Assembly: GCF_006345805.1 (NCBI RefSeq)
Contig: NC_043015.1
Location: forward strand, 31,682,001 to 31,746,000
Direction of reading: 5' to 3'
DNA from: Octopus sinensis
Lineage: Eukaryota
DNA: 64,000 bases
Part shown: one piece after another, positions 26,854 through 38,257 of the stretch
How positions within the stretch are numbered: position 1 is the stretch's first letter
Layout: every line of letters begins with the position of its first letter
Translations under genes and position numbers: made by a program
Notes under the pieces: model-generated
Told to the model about the DNA's origin: nothing
The model's input: the letters and a program-made list of their open reading frames with translations, nothing else
Databases searched by the model: none

Positions 26854-26933
26854 TCAAGACAATTTATTTTGTATAGAAAAGCAATACAGTGATGTATAAA
26901 CAAGACATAATTCCATAAAACGAAATAACTTAC

Positions 26934-27120
26934 CCACAACTCTTCACCAACCAAATAACTATCCAAATAGTTTACAATATTTGGATTTTGGTTTTCCCTC
27001 ATAACGAGGATTTCATTGATAATAAGTTCTTTTTTCGGCTGCTGAGAAAGATTCATTGTTTTAATAGCAACTTCCCGACCAGTTGCAATTTCTATAGCAA
27101 TAAAAACAGTTCCTGACGCA
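26934..27120 (-). CDS. PAK1: PAK exon, kinase subdomains I-IV
   Basis: ctttcag|..|gtaagt, 187 nt, phase 2 to 0; [53 protein letters not shown]. Confidence 0.97.
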
Positions 27121-28369
27121 CTGAAAGTAAAACGAAATAAAAACAATAAATACAGGAATACAAAAATAATTTTAGAAACTTAAAATAACTTTAATACTTT
27201 CATTGCCAATAGTTCTATAGAATGTTTTAATTAATTTTGGAAATAATTGACAATGTTAAAAAATTTAGTAAAATGACTTTCCTACAGTCTTTGTAACATA
27301 AACTAATGAACTGTTTTTAAAAAACTAATAAAGTGTTTTTAAAGCTATAACCAAAGGTCTTAATTAAAATATGGACTCTTTAAAATGAGACACTTTGCAT
27401 TTGAGAAACAGAGGATAAAACAATTAGAATGCCAGAGAGTAGGCAGGGTCTATGATCATTAAATTGCTATTAAATCGAAACCAACATAAGAGATATAGAT
27501 GTTGACACTGACTACAGTATATTACTGGTACATATTCTACCATTGCTATATTTCAAAGGTTAGTTAGAGCCAAACTATTCAATACAGAGAGTATGAAAAA
27601 TAAAACATGATGATGATCATGATGGTGATATGGTAGCATTTACAAACACGTCACTATTATAATGGAGGTGTTGACTATTAGTGATGTGGTGCTGAGGGCA
27701 GCAGCAAATAGAATAACACCTTGAGAACACAGGTGTGGTTGTGAGGTTTAGATGCTTGCTTCCTAACCATTTGGTCTTGGGTTTAATCCCACTACATGGC
27801 ACCTGAAAGAAACCCATTGTGTGTGTGTGTAAGTATGCATTTAAGTATATGTATAAGGTACGTGTTTGTGTGTTCCCTTGCCAAGACATCATGTGATGGT
27901 TGTAAGTAGTGTTGTTCATTTCTAGTCATCCATGAAAAACACACCTGACTATAGGGAAGTATTGCCTTGCTTCAAAAACGAGTGAAGGTTGGCAACAGGA
28001 AGGGCACCCAACTATAAAAATAGCTGACTCGACAAATTCCATCTGACCCATGCAAGCATGGAGAAGTGGAAGTCAAATGGAGATGACAATGAGTATTATG
28101 AATTATACAGTGAGGTGGGGGGGGGGGACAATATTAATCAAGGATGAATATTGTTTTAATTTTCCTGATAAGTATGGAAGACAACACTGGACATATTTCA
28201 ATATTATTTTGACCTTATTAACTCAGAGAAGTCACCAACTAAGATGTTTTGGCTACAATGGTGATGATGATGATGATGTTATGATAGTGTTTATAAACAC
28301 GACACTCTTAACTATAATGAAGGTTCTGAAATTAATGTGGTGGTGGCGGCGGCGGCAGATAGAACTTAC

Positions 28370-28545
28370 CCTTGACCAATTTTTTCCATTTTTGTATATT
28401 TCCTATTTGGGTCTCCTATAGTTACTATGGTCCGCAGTTTTTCTACAATTTCTTCATCACTCATCTTCTTCTTCTTCGGCTTCTCCTTCTGACCACCTTG
28501 TGTAGCACCATTGGTCTTGTCTTCAGGCTCAATTGGTTTAGTATA
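28370..28545 (-). CDS. PAK1: PAK exon, linker to kinase subdomain I
   Basis: ttccag|..|gtaagt, 176 nt, phase 0 to 2; [42 protein letters not shown]. Confidence 0.96.
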
Positions 28546-28585
28546 CTGGAAAGGATATACATACATACATATATATATTTATATA

Positions 28586-29292
28586 CAGGGGTTGGACAAA
28601 ATAACGGAAACACTTAGCATCATAATTTATGTTTTTTCGTTTATTATTAGCGTTGCTTGATATGTTTTGCTAAAATTGCTGTTGCTTTTCAGATATCATC
28701 AGAAAAAGGTAATTAAAATTCTTTAAAATGACAGATCTATTGGACATTCAAACAGGTCAAATAGTTGGTGTTCATATGGCAGGCACTAGAGTAATGAAAG
28801 CAGCTGAAATGTTTGGTGTATCAAGAAGTACTGTCTTGAAAGTAATGACAGCCTTTGAGAAAAAGGAAAAAACCTCCTCATAGAACCCTCCCAAAAACTT
28901 TCAGATAGGGACTATCAGACTCTTATGTGAATTGTTAGAAAGGATCACAAAAGTACAGCTCCCAAAATTACTGCAGAGCTTAATGACCACCTCGAGAACC
29001 CAGTTTCCACAAAAACTGTTCACTGGGAGCTGCACAAAGCTGGATTTCATGAGAGGGCTGCAATCAGAAAACCACTACTTTCAAAATCAAATGTTGCAAA
29101 GTGTTTAGAGTGGAGTAAAAACCTACAGAATTGGTCCCTAGAGCAGTGGAAGAATGTTATTTTCTTGAATGAGTCATCCTTTGTTTTACTTCCGACCACT
29201 GGCCGAATATACGTGTGGAGACAGCCAAAAGAAGCATTTGATCCAGACTGCCTTCTTCCAACTGTTAAACATGGAGGAGGATCTGTGATGAC
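28586..29292 (+). mobile_element. Tc1/mariner remnant (left TIR and truncated, degenerate transposase)
   Basis: TA|caggggttggacaaaataa TIR; MTDL..GQIVG..AEMFGVSRSTV from 28728; ELHKAGF..RKPLL..WKNVIFLNESSF..VWRQPKE..TVKHGGGSVM; ends before the second Asp. Confidence 0.88.
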
Positions 29293-29541
29293 CATACTGC
29301 TTGATGCTAAGTTGTAAAAATTTCATAGTGAGAACTGAGGAAGGTTGGGGACAATCTTCTACAATTAACGACCAATTAAAGGCTATTATAGAAATGGGTT
29401 CATGTAGAATAATGATAAGTCACATGTAGGATTGTGTCGTGGCACACCAGTGTGCCACAGCATACTGGTTGCATAGCACTGCTTTACACCATCTCTGTTT
29501 CATATCATCAAAAGTATACAAGCCACCCGGGTAATACTTAC

Positions 29542-29646
29542 AATAGATTTTGTTTTATCAGGTCTGGTAGTAATTGGAGGAGGTACCTCTTCCTCTTCCT
29601 CTTCTTCCTCCTCAGGAGTAGTGGGAGCTGAGTTTTCAGTTTTAGG
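29542..29646 (-). CDS. PAK1: PAK exon, acidic run and PIX/Cool SH3-binding motif
   Basis: tttttgtag|..|gtaagt, 105 nt, phase 0 to 0; PKTENSAPTTP(E)9VPPPITTRPDKTKSI resembles PAK1 PPPVIAPRPEHTKS. Confidence 0.92.
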
Positions 29647-31066
29647 CTACAAAAACACACGTACAAAAAGAAAGAAGCGGTGAGCACTCTTGCATTAAAC
29701 ATTAACGTGTAGATAAGTAGAAATGTCTAATATAAATGGGAGAACAGGAGAGGAATACTACGTTGGAAAGTTGCCTTGAGAGGTTATGAGATACTAGAAA
29801 ACTGATAATAAGGGAGGGGAGGAAAGACAAAAAGATGTCACTGGGCATAAGTTATTGTAATGAAGGGACCTTCAAGAAGCCGTAGGAGTTTATAACAAGT
29901 TTTTCAATAAGGAGAATAAAGGCAGTCAGAGTTTCCTTTAAGATTACTGATACAATACAGGAAAACTACCCTGGTTATTTTGACACACACCCAAACAGAA
30001 TTAGATAAGGGCTTCCCCACCCGACAAACACTGATGAATCATGTCAATAGAGTGATATAGTGATTCGTTCCATAAGTGGATTAAAACAACCCATCACAGG
30101 ATGACAAAAGTCATCAGAATCAACCAAAGCCTTGTGGACAATCTTCTACAATTAACGACCAATTAAAGGCTATTATAGAAATGGGTTCATGTAAAATAAT
30201 GATAAGTCACAGAAGAACTAAACAGTGATCCTTCAACAGTTGTTCATCAGCATCAACCAAAGGCTAACCAAAGCCTTGTGAGTGGATTTGTTAGACAGAC
30301 AATCTATCTATCCATACATATGTGTGTGAGTGTCTGTCCTTCACCATTGCTTGACAACTGGCATTGGTGTGTATACATCCCTGTAACTTAGCAGTTTCGT
30401 AAAAGAGACTGATAGAATAAGTACCAGGCTTGATGCGTTGATGGGCTTCTTTCAGTTTCTGTCTACCAAATTCATTACAGAGCTTTGGTCAGGTGGGAGC
30501 TACAGTAGAAGACACTTGCTGAAAGTGCCATGCAGTGGGATTGAACCCAGAACCATGTGGTTGGGAAGCAAACTTCCATCACACAGCCACACTTGCACGT
30601 GTACAAAATTATACGTGTGTGTGCAGGTGTGTTCATTTAGATGATGGCACTTACAAGACTAGTTGTGTTTGTTTTGAATTCACCAGAGTGTATATGAAAT
30701 GCTTAAATTTATGTCTTATATGTGTAGGGGAGATGAGAGTGAATATTTTTTGACTTGTCAATACTGGTCAATGCACTCTGGAATTGCCTCCCTAAACCAA
30801 AGTATTCTGTGATATTTTGATAAGTATTGAATAGATGAATGCTATTCACCTCAACTTTACCTTATACATATATAAACACTGAATTTCAAATCTTGTGGTA
30901 TTCTTACTATGAGAGTATAACACTGAAGTGTCAGGAATTATTAACAATAAATAGGCTTAAGGATAATATTAAAAATGAAAGTTGTTCTTGAATAACTGAA
31001 GCAAAAATGGATATGCCCCAACACCTACAAATAGATATATACATACATATACATATAGTTACTTAC

Positions 31067-31131
31067 ACATATCACATGAGTGGTTCCAAATTTGTCTGAG
31101 AAGCTTGGTCGAACAGAGCTTGAGCTTGAAC
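31067..31131 (-). CDS. PAK1: PAK exon, Ser-rich linker
   Basis: cttcttttgcatcctcag|..|gtaagt, 65 nt, phase 1 to 0, exactly bridging the flanking exons; SSSSSVRPSFSDKFGTTHVIC. Little recognisable conservation, so called from splice signals and phase. Confidence 0.75.
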
Positions 31132-32389
31132 CTGAGGATGCAAAAGAAGTAAATAAAATCATAAATATGCTTAGTTCACAACTGGATGATTAGAAATCCA
31201 ACCCTGAAGGTTTGGATCAGCTTGGACCACAAGGATCAGGGATAGTTAGGACTATACGGATGGAATGGACAGCTAAGACCCCATGGGCAGTGTAGCTAGG
31301 ACAATATGGATCAAGGTGGCAGAGAAGGCTACAAAGACGATGTTAGTGAGGACTACAGGGGGGGGGCGATTAAGAACCACAAGGACTGAGATATTTCCCA
31401 TCGTTTGGTTTAAGACCACCACCAGGACCTCGAGTGTCAAGGATGAGGATAAGTACCTCCTTTCCTTCCACTAGTCATGGGTCCTGAAAAGGGTCATGGA
31501 TACTACCTTCCTTCCCTTGACAAAAATCTTAAAGGAAAAAAAAAAGATAGGAGCTAAGAGAAGACAACTGAACTACCTCCCCTTTAGTAAGTATTTCCTC
31601 TCGGTGACCAAACATGCACAATACAAAGACGATCGTGACAAAACCTCTCTCCTTAGTGAACAAAACATCCACAGAAATGTTATGGAGTCTAACTATAAAG
31701 AAGGTAACGAGAGAAGTTCACCATTGTGTGACACTTTGAGCAAGTGACTTCTGCCATAACCTCAAGCTGACCAAAAGGTCAATCATAAAGGCAAGCTCTC
31801 CAATATTTTCAGTATCATGATGTATCCAAGGTATTGTACTGCAATGTTTATCCAAGATATGAAATCCCTATCTATATATATCTAAGACATGATATTCCAA
31901 AAAGGCAGAGTTGTTAGAATGTGGCATAAAATGTCTTCTGGTATGTGTTTTAGCTCCATGTGTTCTGAGTTCAAATCTCACATTGGAGAAATTTGCTGTT
32001 CATATTTCCGGGGTGAATGTACCAGCCAAAGGAGGAAGATTGGTGAAATTGTTAAGGGATCAGGCAAGATGCCTTGCAATATTTGTTCCGGCTTTTTGCA
32101 TTCTGACAACAATACTTGTGACAACACTGATCTCAAGTCGTATCCAACCCTGCCATTCCCTTGGATGACATCAATAACATAGAGAGAATAGACTTGTGCA
32201 CATAAAAACCTGCATCATGCAGAGGAACTTTCTAGTCTTTCTAGTTGCAGATCCATCATAATCTTATGAGACAAATGGAGGCCTTTGATCCAATAAGTGA
32301 CATCCCTATAGTGGTTTCTGAAGTAGTACCCATTATTATATTCCGGGTGGGGTACCCCCTATATGTATCCACACACATTAGATACTTAC

Positions 32390-32552
32390 TACTACTCGAC
32401 TGTTTAATATGCATATATTTGGATTCTTTTTTCTCTTTTGTAGAGTTATCGTAGTAGTTAAGTACATCGAGGACAGCCTGTGGGTTTTTCTTCTGTTCCA
32501 GTTTAGATATATTGGAGTTTTGTAATAACTTCGCCCAGGATTCTGGCATGCC
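32390..32552 (-). CDS. PAK1: PAK exon, autoinhibitory domain
   Basis: ttcattag|..|gtaagt, 163 nt, phase 0 to 1; [38 protein letters not shown]. Confidence 0.95.
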
Positions 32553-32719
32553 CTAATGAAGGAAAAAAAAAGACAACAAATTAATAACAATTATTAAAAA
32601 TTAATTTAATTCAAGCATCAACTTTCCTGGTTTTATTACTCAGGGAGTTTCAATTTTAATACAATATAAAAAGACACTATCTCTAGTGGTTTTCAACTAT
32701 ACTTCAAAACGTCCATGCT

Positions 32720-32907
32720 TCCTGAGATTCGCCAACACTACACCTGATTTTCTCCCCTCCATACACACGCAAGCATGTATCTGACTCATACACTGTTCGC
32801 TTCCCAGACATTTGTACATTACTGCATATGCTTTATACGCACTTTTGACAAGTTGTGGTGCACCTGAGCGCTGTATACAATAATTTCATTATTAATATTA
32901 TTATTAT
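32720..32907 (+). mobile_element. LINE-like 3' end with (ATT)n tail
   Basis: gttgtggtgcacctgagcgctgtatacaataatttcattatt; second partial copy at ~33560-33605. Confidence 0.55.
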
Positions 32908-34182
32908 TTTATGTTTTACCTATGGACCCCTCTGATTACTATTTTACCTTGGTGGACCCCATCGCCATTCGATATTTAAGAACTAGTTTTACAGATATTT
33001 CTTTCAAAGTTTGTATTTTGTTTTTCACACATTCACGAATCCTTAAAAAAAAAAACTACTGTGGATCCCCCCACCCAGATACCATTTTGCTCGCGTGAAC
33101 CACTGCGCCAGGCAAATATTATCTCCCTTGTCAAGGAACTCTTAGTCTCTAGCGATTATGTACGAATCGTAAAATGGAAATTTCTATAAATTCTTTCCCA
33201 ACATTTTCTGACATTAAACATGCGACGAAAACTATAGTTACAATATTAACCAAACCTTTCTGTTATACTTCACTCCCTCTCAGTCCTATATCTACCTAAG
33301 AAGTCCTTAGCAACGTGTACAACATAGAAAATACGTTGTCCACTCCTGTAACAGAACTGAATACATTTTCATAAATTCCCCCCCAAACCCATTGCTATCA
33401 ATTAGTGAAAGTAAAACATTTCGTAAATTACACGACATGTGTCCTGAAAACGGGAATTGAGTGATAGCGGATATGTATATTTAAGAGGTTATGAGTAAAC
33501 GGTGCCTCTTGTTAGATAAACGGAAAATCCAAAGCAAAAATGTGCTGAGTGTATGTACATGTTGTGGGGCACCTGAGCACTGTATACAATAATTTCATTA
33601 TATTATATGCCTGTGCGTCTATACACGCGCGTACACATATTATATTTATCCTCCACACATTCGTAAATTCACATGTATCTGTATCTGACAAATAAAGAGA
33701 CTTCCGCATGAACCTGGCACAGTGATGACGTCTAGAAATTGAATCATGTTTGAAACAGGAATTTCGTTCAGGGAGATTAAAAAAAATTTGTTTGCTAATT
33801 AATAAGGACGAGTCGAGGATGTTATTAGTGGCGACAAAAATAAAATACCAAACAAGGTTAAGTTTGAAATATCGAACTCTTTGGGCCCAGGACTGAATAT
33901 ACATGTCAAATAAAAGAGGAACATTTATAACGGTCTGCTTTTTACATCATACGATTACATTATTTAAGGCTCTCTGTTGGAGCTTTGAAATAGATTGTCC
34001 TTCGAATTTCCATACCTTATGGGGAAAGAAAGGGGTAAAATTTCAATAATATAAAAAGATTCGTCTCCTATTTCCATATATTTTCCCCATGAGGTAAGGG
34101 GTTTTGGAGGACAGCTATTCCAGCACTTTATTAAGAGGGACAGGCGTAACTTCGGTATAGGTACCGGATACATTTCAAGAAA

Positions 34183-34228
<46 letters not shown>

Positions 34229-34282
34229 CGGGAAGCTTACGAAAATAAACATAAGACGAAGGCAGGTGGAGTACAAACAAAC

Positions 34283-34319
<37 letters not shown>

Positions 34320-34583
34320 ATATGGGGGCTTAGGATTAGGGTTTGTATTAGGGGTGGGAGAAAAGGGTTTCTGTTATCCTCAGAAATGTAAATAAAGCCA
34401 TTTCCGGTACTTAAGGTACCTATACCGAAGGATCGCCAGAGGGGACATTTAAAAAGGTCAAAATAACGTATCATGAAAGAGCAGGGTTTATATTTTGCTT
34501 TCAAATTCAAACTAGTGTTATGTATATGATTGATAATCAGCGATAATCGTGTTTAAACGTGTGTGCGTATATAAAGTACATAC

Positions 34584-34693
34584 AGTAAATTCTCCTGTGT
34601 GAGGGTCGAAGCCGACATGAACGGTGTGCTCGAAGTTCGAGGGGTGTGATATAACTGGTTTTTCATTTTCCTTGATTTTGGCTATCTTGTTGC
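34584..34693 (-). CDS. PAK1: Group I PAK, CRIB/p21-binding exon (most 5' exon found)
   Basis: tttttcag|..|gtatgt, 110 nt, phase 1 to 0; [36 protein letters not shown] matches the CRIB motif ISxPxxFEHTxHVGFD. Symbol denotes a co-orthologue of vertebrate PAK1/2/3. Confidence 0.95.
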
Positions 34694-36419
34694 CTGAAAA
34701 ACAAAAAGTGTATACACATATATGAATATAATGATCTCAAATAGCCATTAAACATATAACAAAATAACGAGATATAAAGGCAACATGATGATTATATAAT
34801 CAAGTAGGAAATAAATTTACTATTTATAGGGAATCTGAAACAAAGGAGATTGACTGCAAAGAAGTCCTGGAAGAGATCCATAAGACGAGAGCCAAAAGAA
34901 ATACTTAATGTCGAATCAGCCAGTTAGGATTAGCTTTCAATATAGGTTTCTTATCACAACAAGGTAACTTACTATATCATCTGATAATGACAGATGTAAA
35001 CATTAGACCAACAAAACAAAATATCAGACAAGCCCAAAATAGATAGGTTGATAACGTGTGGCGGTAACAAAGTCTACCGACAAATGACGACACACAGGAA
35101 TTGGTTAGGAGCAAACCGGGTCTAAGAAAGAACTGAGGAAGAGATGTGGGTTAATGGCTGTGAAAATAGTATAGCAATGAGAGAGAACAGAAGGTGAAAG
35201 CCGTGTCAATAGGTCAGAATGTATATCCGTAGTCATCTGAAGATATGCTATTTTTTGCACTTTACAGACAGAGATGGCTGGCTTCAAGCAATTCAGTCCA
35301 TCGCCAACATTCCTGTTTGGTTTCCTGTAACCTATCTAATTCCTCTGTTCAGCTCAGCAGAGTTCTAAACATATTTCCGGACACAAGAACTGCAAAAAAT
35401 ACTGACCGATAGCATTTTGTAGAAGAACCATTATCATTATATTGAAGGAACTTTTCGATGTTCTCTGTCGTTAACAATGCTAAATTAAGGGTGAAAATGT
35501 TCTTTGTTCAGAATTACTAAACATAAACTCTAAACCAGTGATACACAACTGGTTTCAGCAGATAATCTGCAAAACTCATTAGAAAAACTTAATGGAACAA
35601 AAGGGTGTAAATATTTAAAATTAAGAAATTTATTTATGCATTGTATAAGACATACATTGTGTGCATGAGTGTTTTTTATGTTCCCGTAACTTAGCGCTTC
35701 GGTATAAGAGACAGATAGAATAAGTAACAAGCTTTACAAAAAAAGAAAAATAGTGCTGGGGGTCGATAAGTTCGACAAAAGTTTTTTAATGCAGTGCCCC
35801 AGTCTTAAGAAACTTGCTGTAGATCCTCAAAACATTGAAAGGGTTTTTTATAGTTCGGTTGGACTACGTTGTAGATTACTGCGTTAAAACCATTGGTCCC
35901 TTAAAACAGAAGACATAACCTGCACTTATGGCTGAGAAGTTAAGAAGTTTGTTTCGCAATTATGAGGTCCCAGATTTTATCTCATTGTCTGGAATATTAA
36001 GCATGTATCCTCTACCATAATCGTGTGTCGATCAAAGCATTACGGGTGAATTCGAATAGATGGTATCTGTGCGGAAGCCTGTGGAATGTACCATAACTGT
36101 AAATGCAAACCTATTCATTACAGCTAATACAGCAGATAACTAAATCCGTTAAACTCATGTTTAAAACTATATTTGTACTCAGCATGTAGAACACGCCGCT
36201 AAGGAACTTTCTCCTTTATATATATGTTGATATGTTTCATAAATGAGGTCTAATAAGACTGAAACAGGTCGAACTGGCTTTAGATGTCCTTAAATTTTGT
36301 AGTGTTTAAAAAAAATTTCTATCAACTGATTTTACGAGGGTTATCTCCCTTGTCCGCTTTTGATTTAAAATACTAATGAGAGGGAACTTTTCTTAATACA
36401 AGTTTTCTAACTTATCATT

Positions 36420-36640
36420 CGGGTTAGTAGGATCGTTAGCGCATCGAACAAAATGCTTAATGGCATTTCTTCCGGCTTTACGTTCTGAGTTCAATTTCCG
36501 CCAGTCGACCACGCCCTTTCATCCTTTCGGGGGTCGATAAAATAAGTACCAGTTGAGAACTAGAGTCGATGTAATTGACTAGCACTCTCCCCTAAAATTT
36601 CGGGCCTTATCTTATGCTTGTAATAGAAAGGATTATTGTT
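36420..36640 (+). mobile_element. Family B SINE, CpG-retaining copy
   Basis: ctttcatcctttcgggggtcgataaaataagtaccagttgag core. Confidence 0.75.
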
Positions 36641-37615
36641 ACCACATTGTATTTAGTAGTCAGAACAGTACCGACGTGTTTTCTCACTACCCTAGTTGAC
36701 GAGAGAGCGCGGGGATTAAAAGGGACCGAGATTAGGAAGTAATTGGTCTTTATCTGACATGAACAACAACTACTATTCAAACACAATTTATATTCGACTA
36801 TATTCAGCACACACATTATTATTATTACTGAGGCATATGTCATGTCTAAAACACTACGAACACCTCTATTGTATTTTTTTTTCTTAGCCCAGGTCGTTCA
36901 CTCTGACCGAAGAGGCATTCCATATGTGACCACGCCGTATTATGACAGACTGCATGATGTAATGTCACATTTCCTGGTGTAAGTCGGTAGCTGTGTGATT
37001 CGAGGGAGTTTTGACTGTTGGTGTGTGTATATGTATAAAAGCAAGGCAAGATTTCTTTATAGAGGAGGCAGATAAACTTTTAACTCATTGTTTTCTGATG
37101 AAGTAATTAAGCCGCCAACCCATACACATTCTAAAAATATTAAATGATATGTCAACGGGAAAAATGAGAAACCAAGAATAAATAAATAAGATAATGACAA
37201 AAAATAGATTTTATCTCCTTCCACAGAGGTAATAGCAGAACAGATATGGAATCCCCAGGCATCAGAAACAGCTTCGAAAAAGAAAAAAGAAGACGAACAG
37301 CAATGGTTAGTTTGTGAAGAGACGTGACGGTACCATCGAAATAAAACTAAACACACACACGTAAGGTAATCATTAACTAAAGCGGCGTCAATTAAAATGA
37401 AACTAATAATAATGAAGGGAAAGTACAAAAATAACTTGTGTAACCTAAAATGACTCAAACGAATGTTTAAAAATAGCCCATTATTATAGATTAGGTAATT
37501 ATTGCAGATGACTGTTTTCATTTATCAACACTATCGTTTAGTTAACTTATTAAACCGAACAGTGGTGAAGACACTTTTATTTTTTTAAACCATTTACTGT
37601 TAGTTTAATTTTAAT

Positions 37616-37623
37616 TGACGTCA
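37616..37623. promoter_or_regulatory. Perfect CRE palindrome TGACGTCA
   Basis: Exact CREB/ATF site in a CpG-retaining stretch, with CGTCA half-sites near 37386 and 37628; function unproven. Confidence 0.3.
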
Positions 37624-38019
37624 CTTTCGTCAAAATTCCGTGTGTGGGTGAAGGCCCCCTCATCACTGTCACGTTTTACTCCACCACATTTCACTCTACG
37701 AGTTCTACAAAAAAGTTACTTAATGAAAGGTCTGAAGAAGATAATTAACAGTCTTGAATTGCCAAGAATGGAGCACAGTGAATTTGAAAGATTCAACTCC
37801 TTGGTTAAAGCAACATTTATGCACCACGACCACCACCCACCACGACTACCAACAACACCACACAACACGCATTCTACACAATCGTCACCTAATGGATAAC
37901 TAAAACACAATTCACAATAAACATGTAAAAAGTATCACCTAATGAAAGAAAAACAACAACAAAAAAAACAGTGTTCAACTCACACAGCAAACGTTCTATA
38001 TTACAAGCTGACACAACAT

Positions 38020-38257
38020 ACCTATTTCTTTACTACCCACAAGGGGCTAAACACAGAGGGAACAAACAAGGAGAGACAAACGGATTAAGTCGATTATATT
38101 GACCCCAGTGCATAACTGGTACTTAATTTATCGACCCTGAAAGGATGAAAGGTAAAGTCGACCTCAGCAGAATTTGAACTCAGAATGTAATGGCGGACGA
38201 AATACCGCAAAGCATTTCACCCACCATGCTAACGTTTCTGCCAGCTCTTGCCGCCTT
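38020..38257 (-). mobile_element. Family B SINE
   Basis: Full-length match to the copy at 42265. Confidence 0.85.

Noticed and set aside
31455-31484. Possible 30-nt frame-preserving microexon (cccttttcag|gacccatg..ggag|gtactt)
   Set aside because: Weak donor, no homology support, and not needed for phase continuity.
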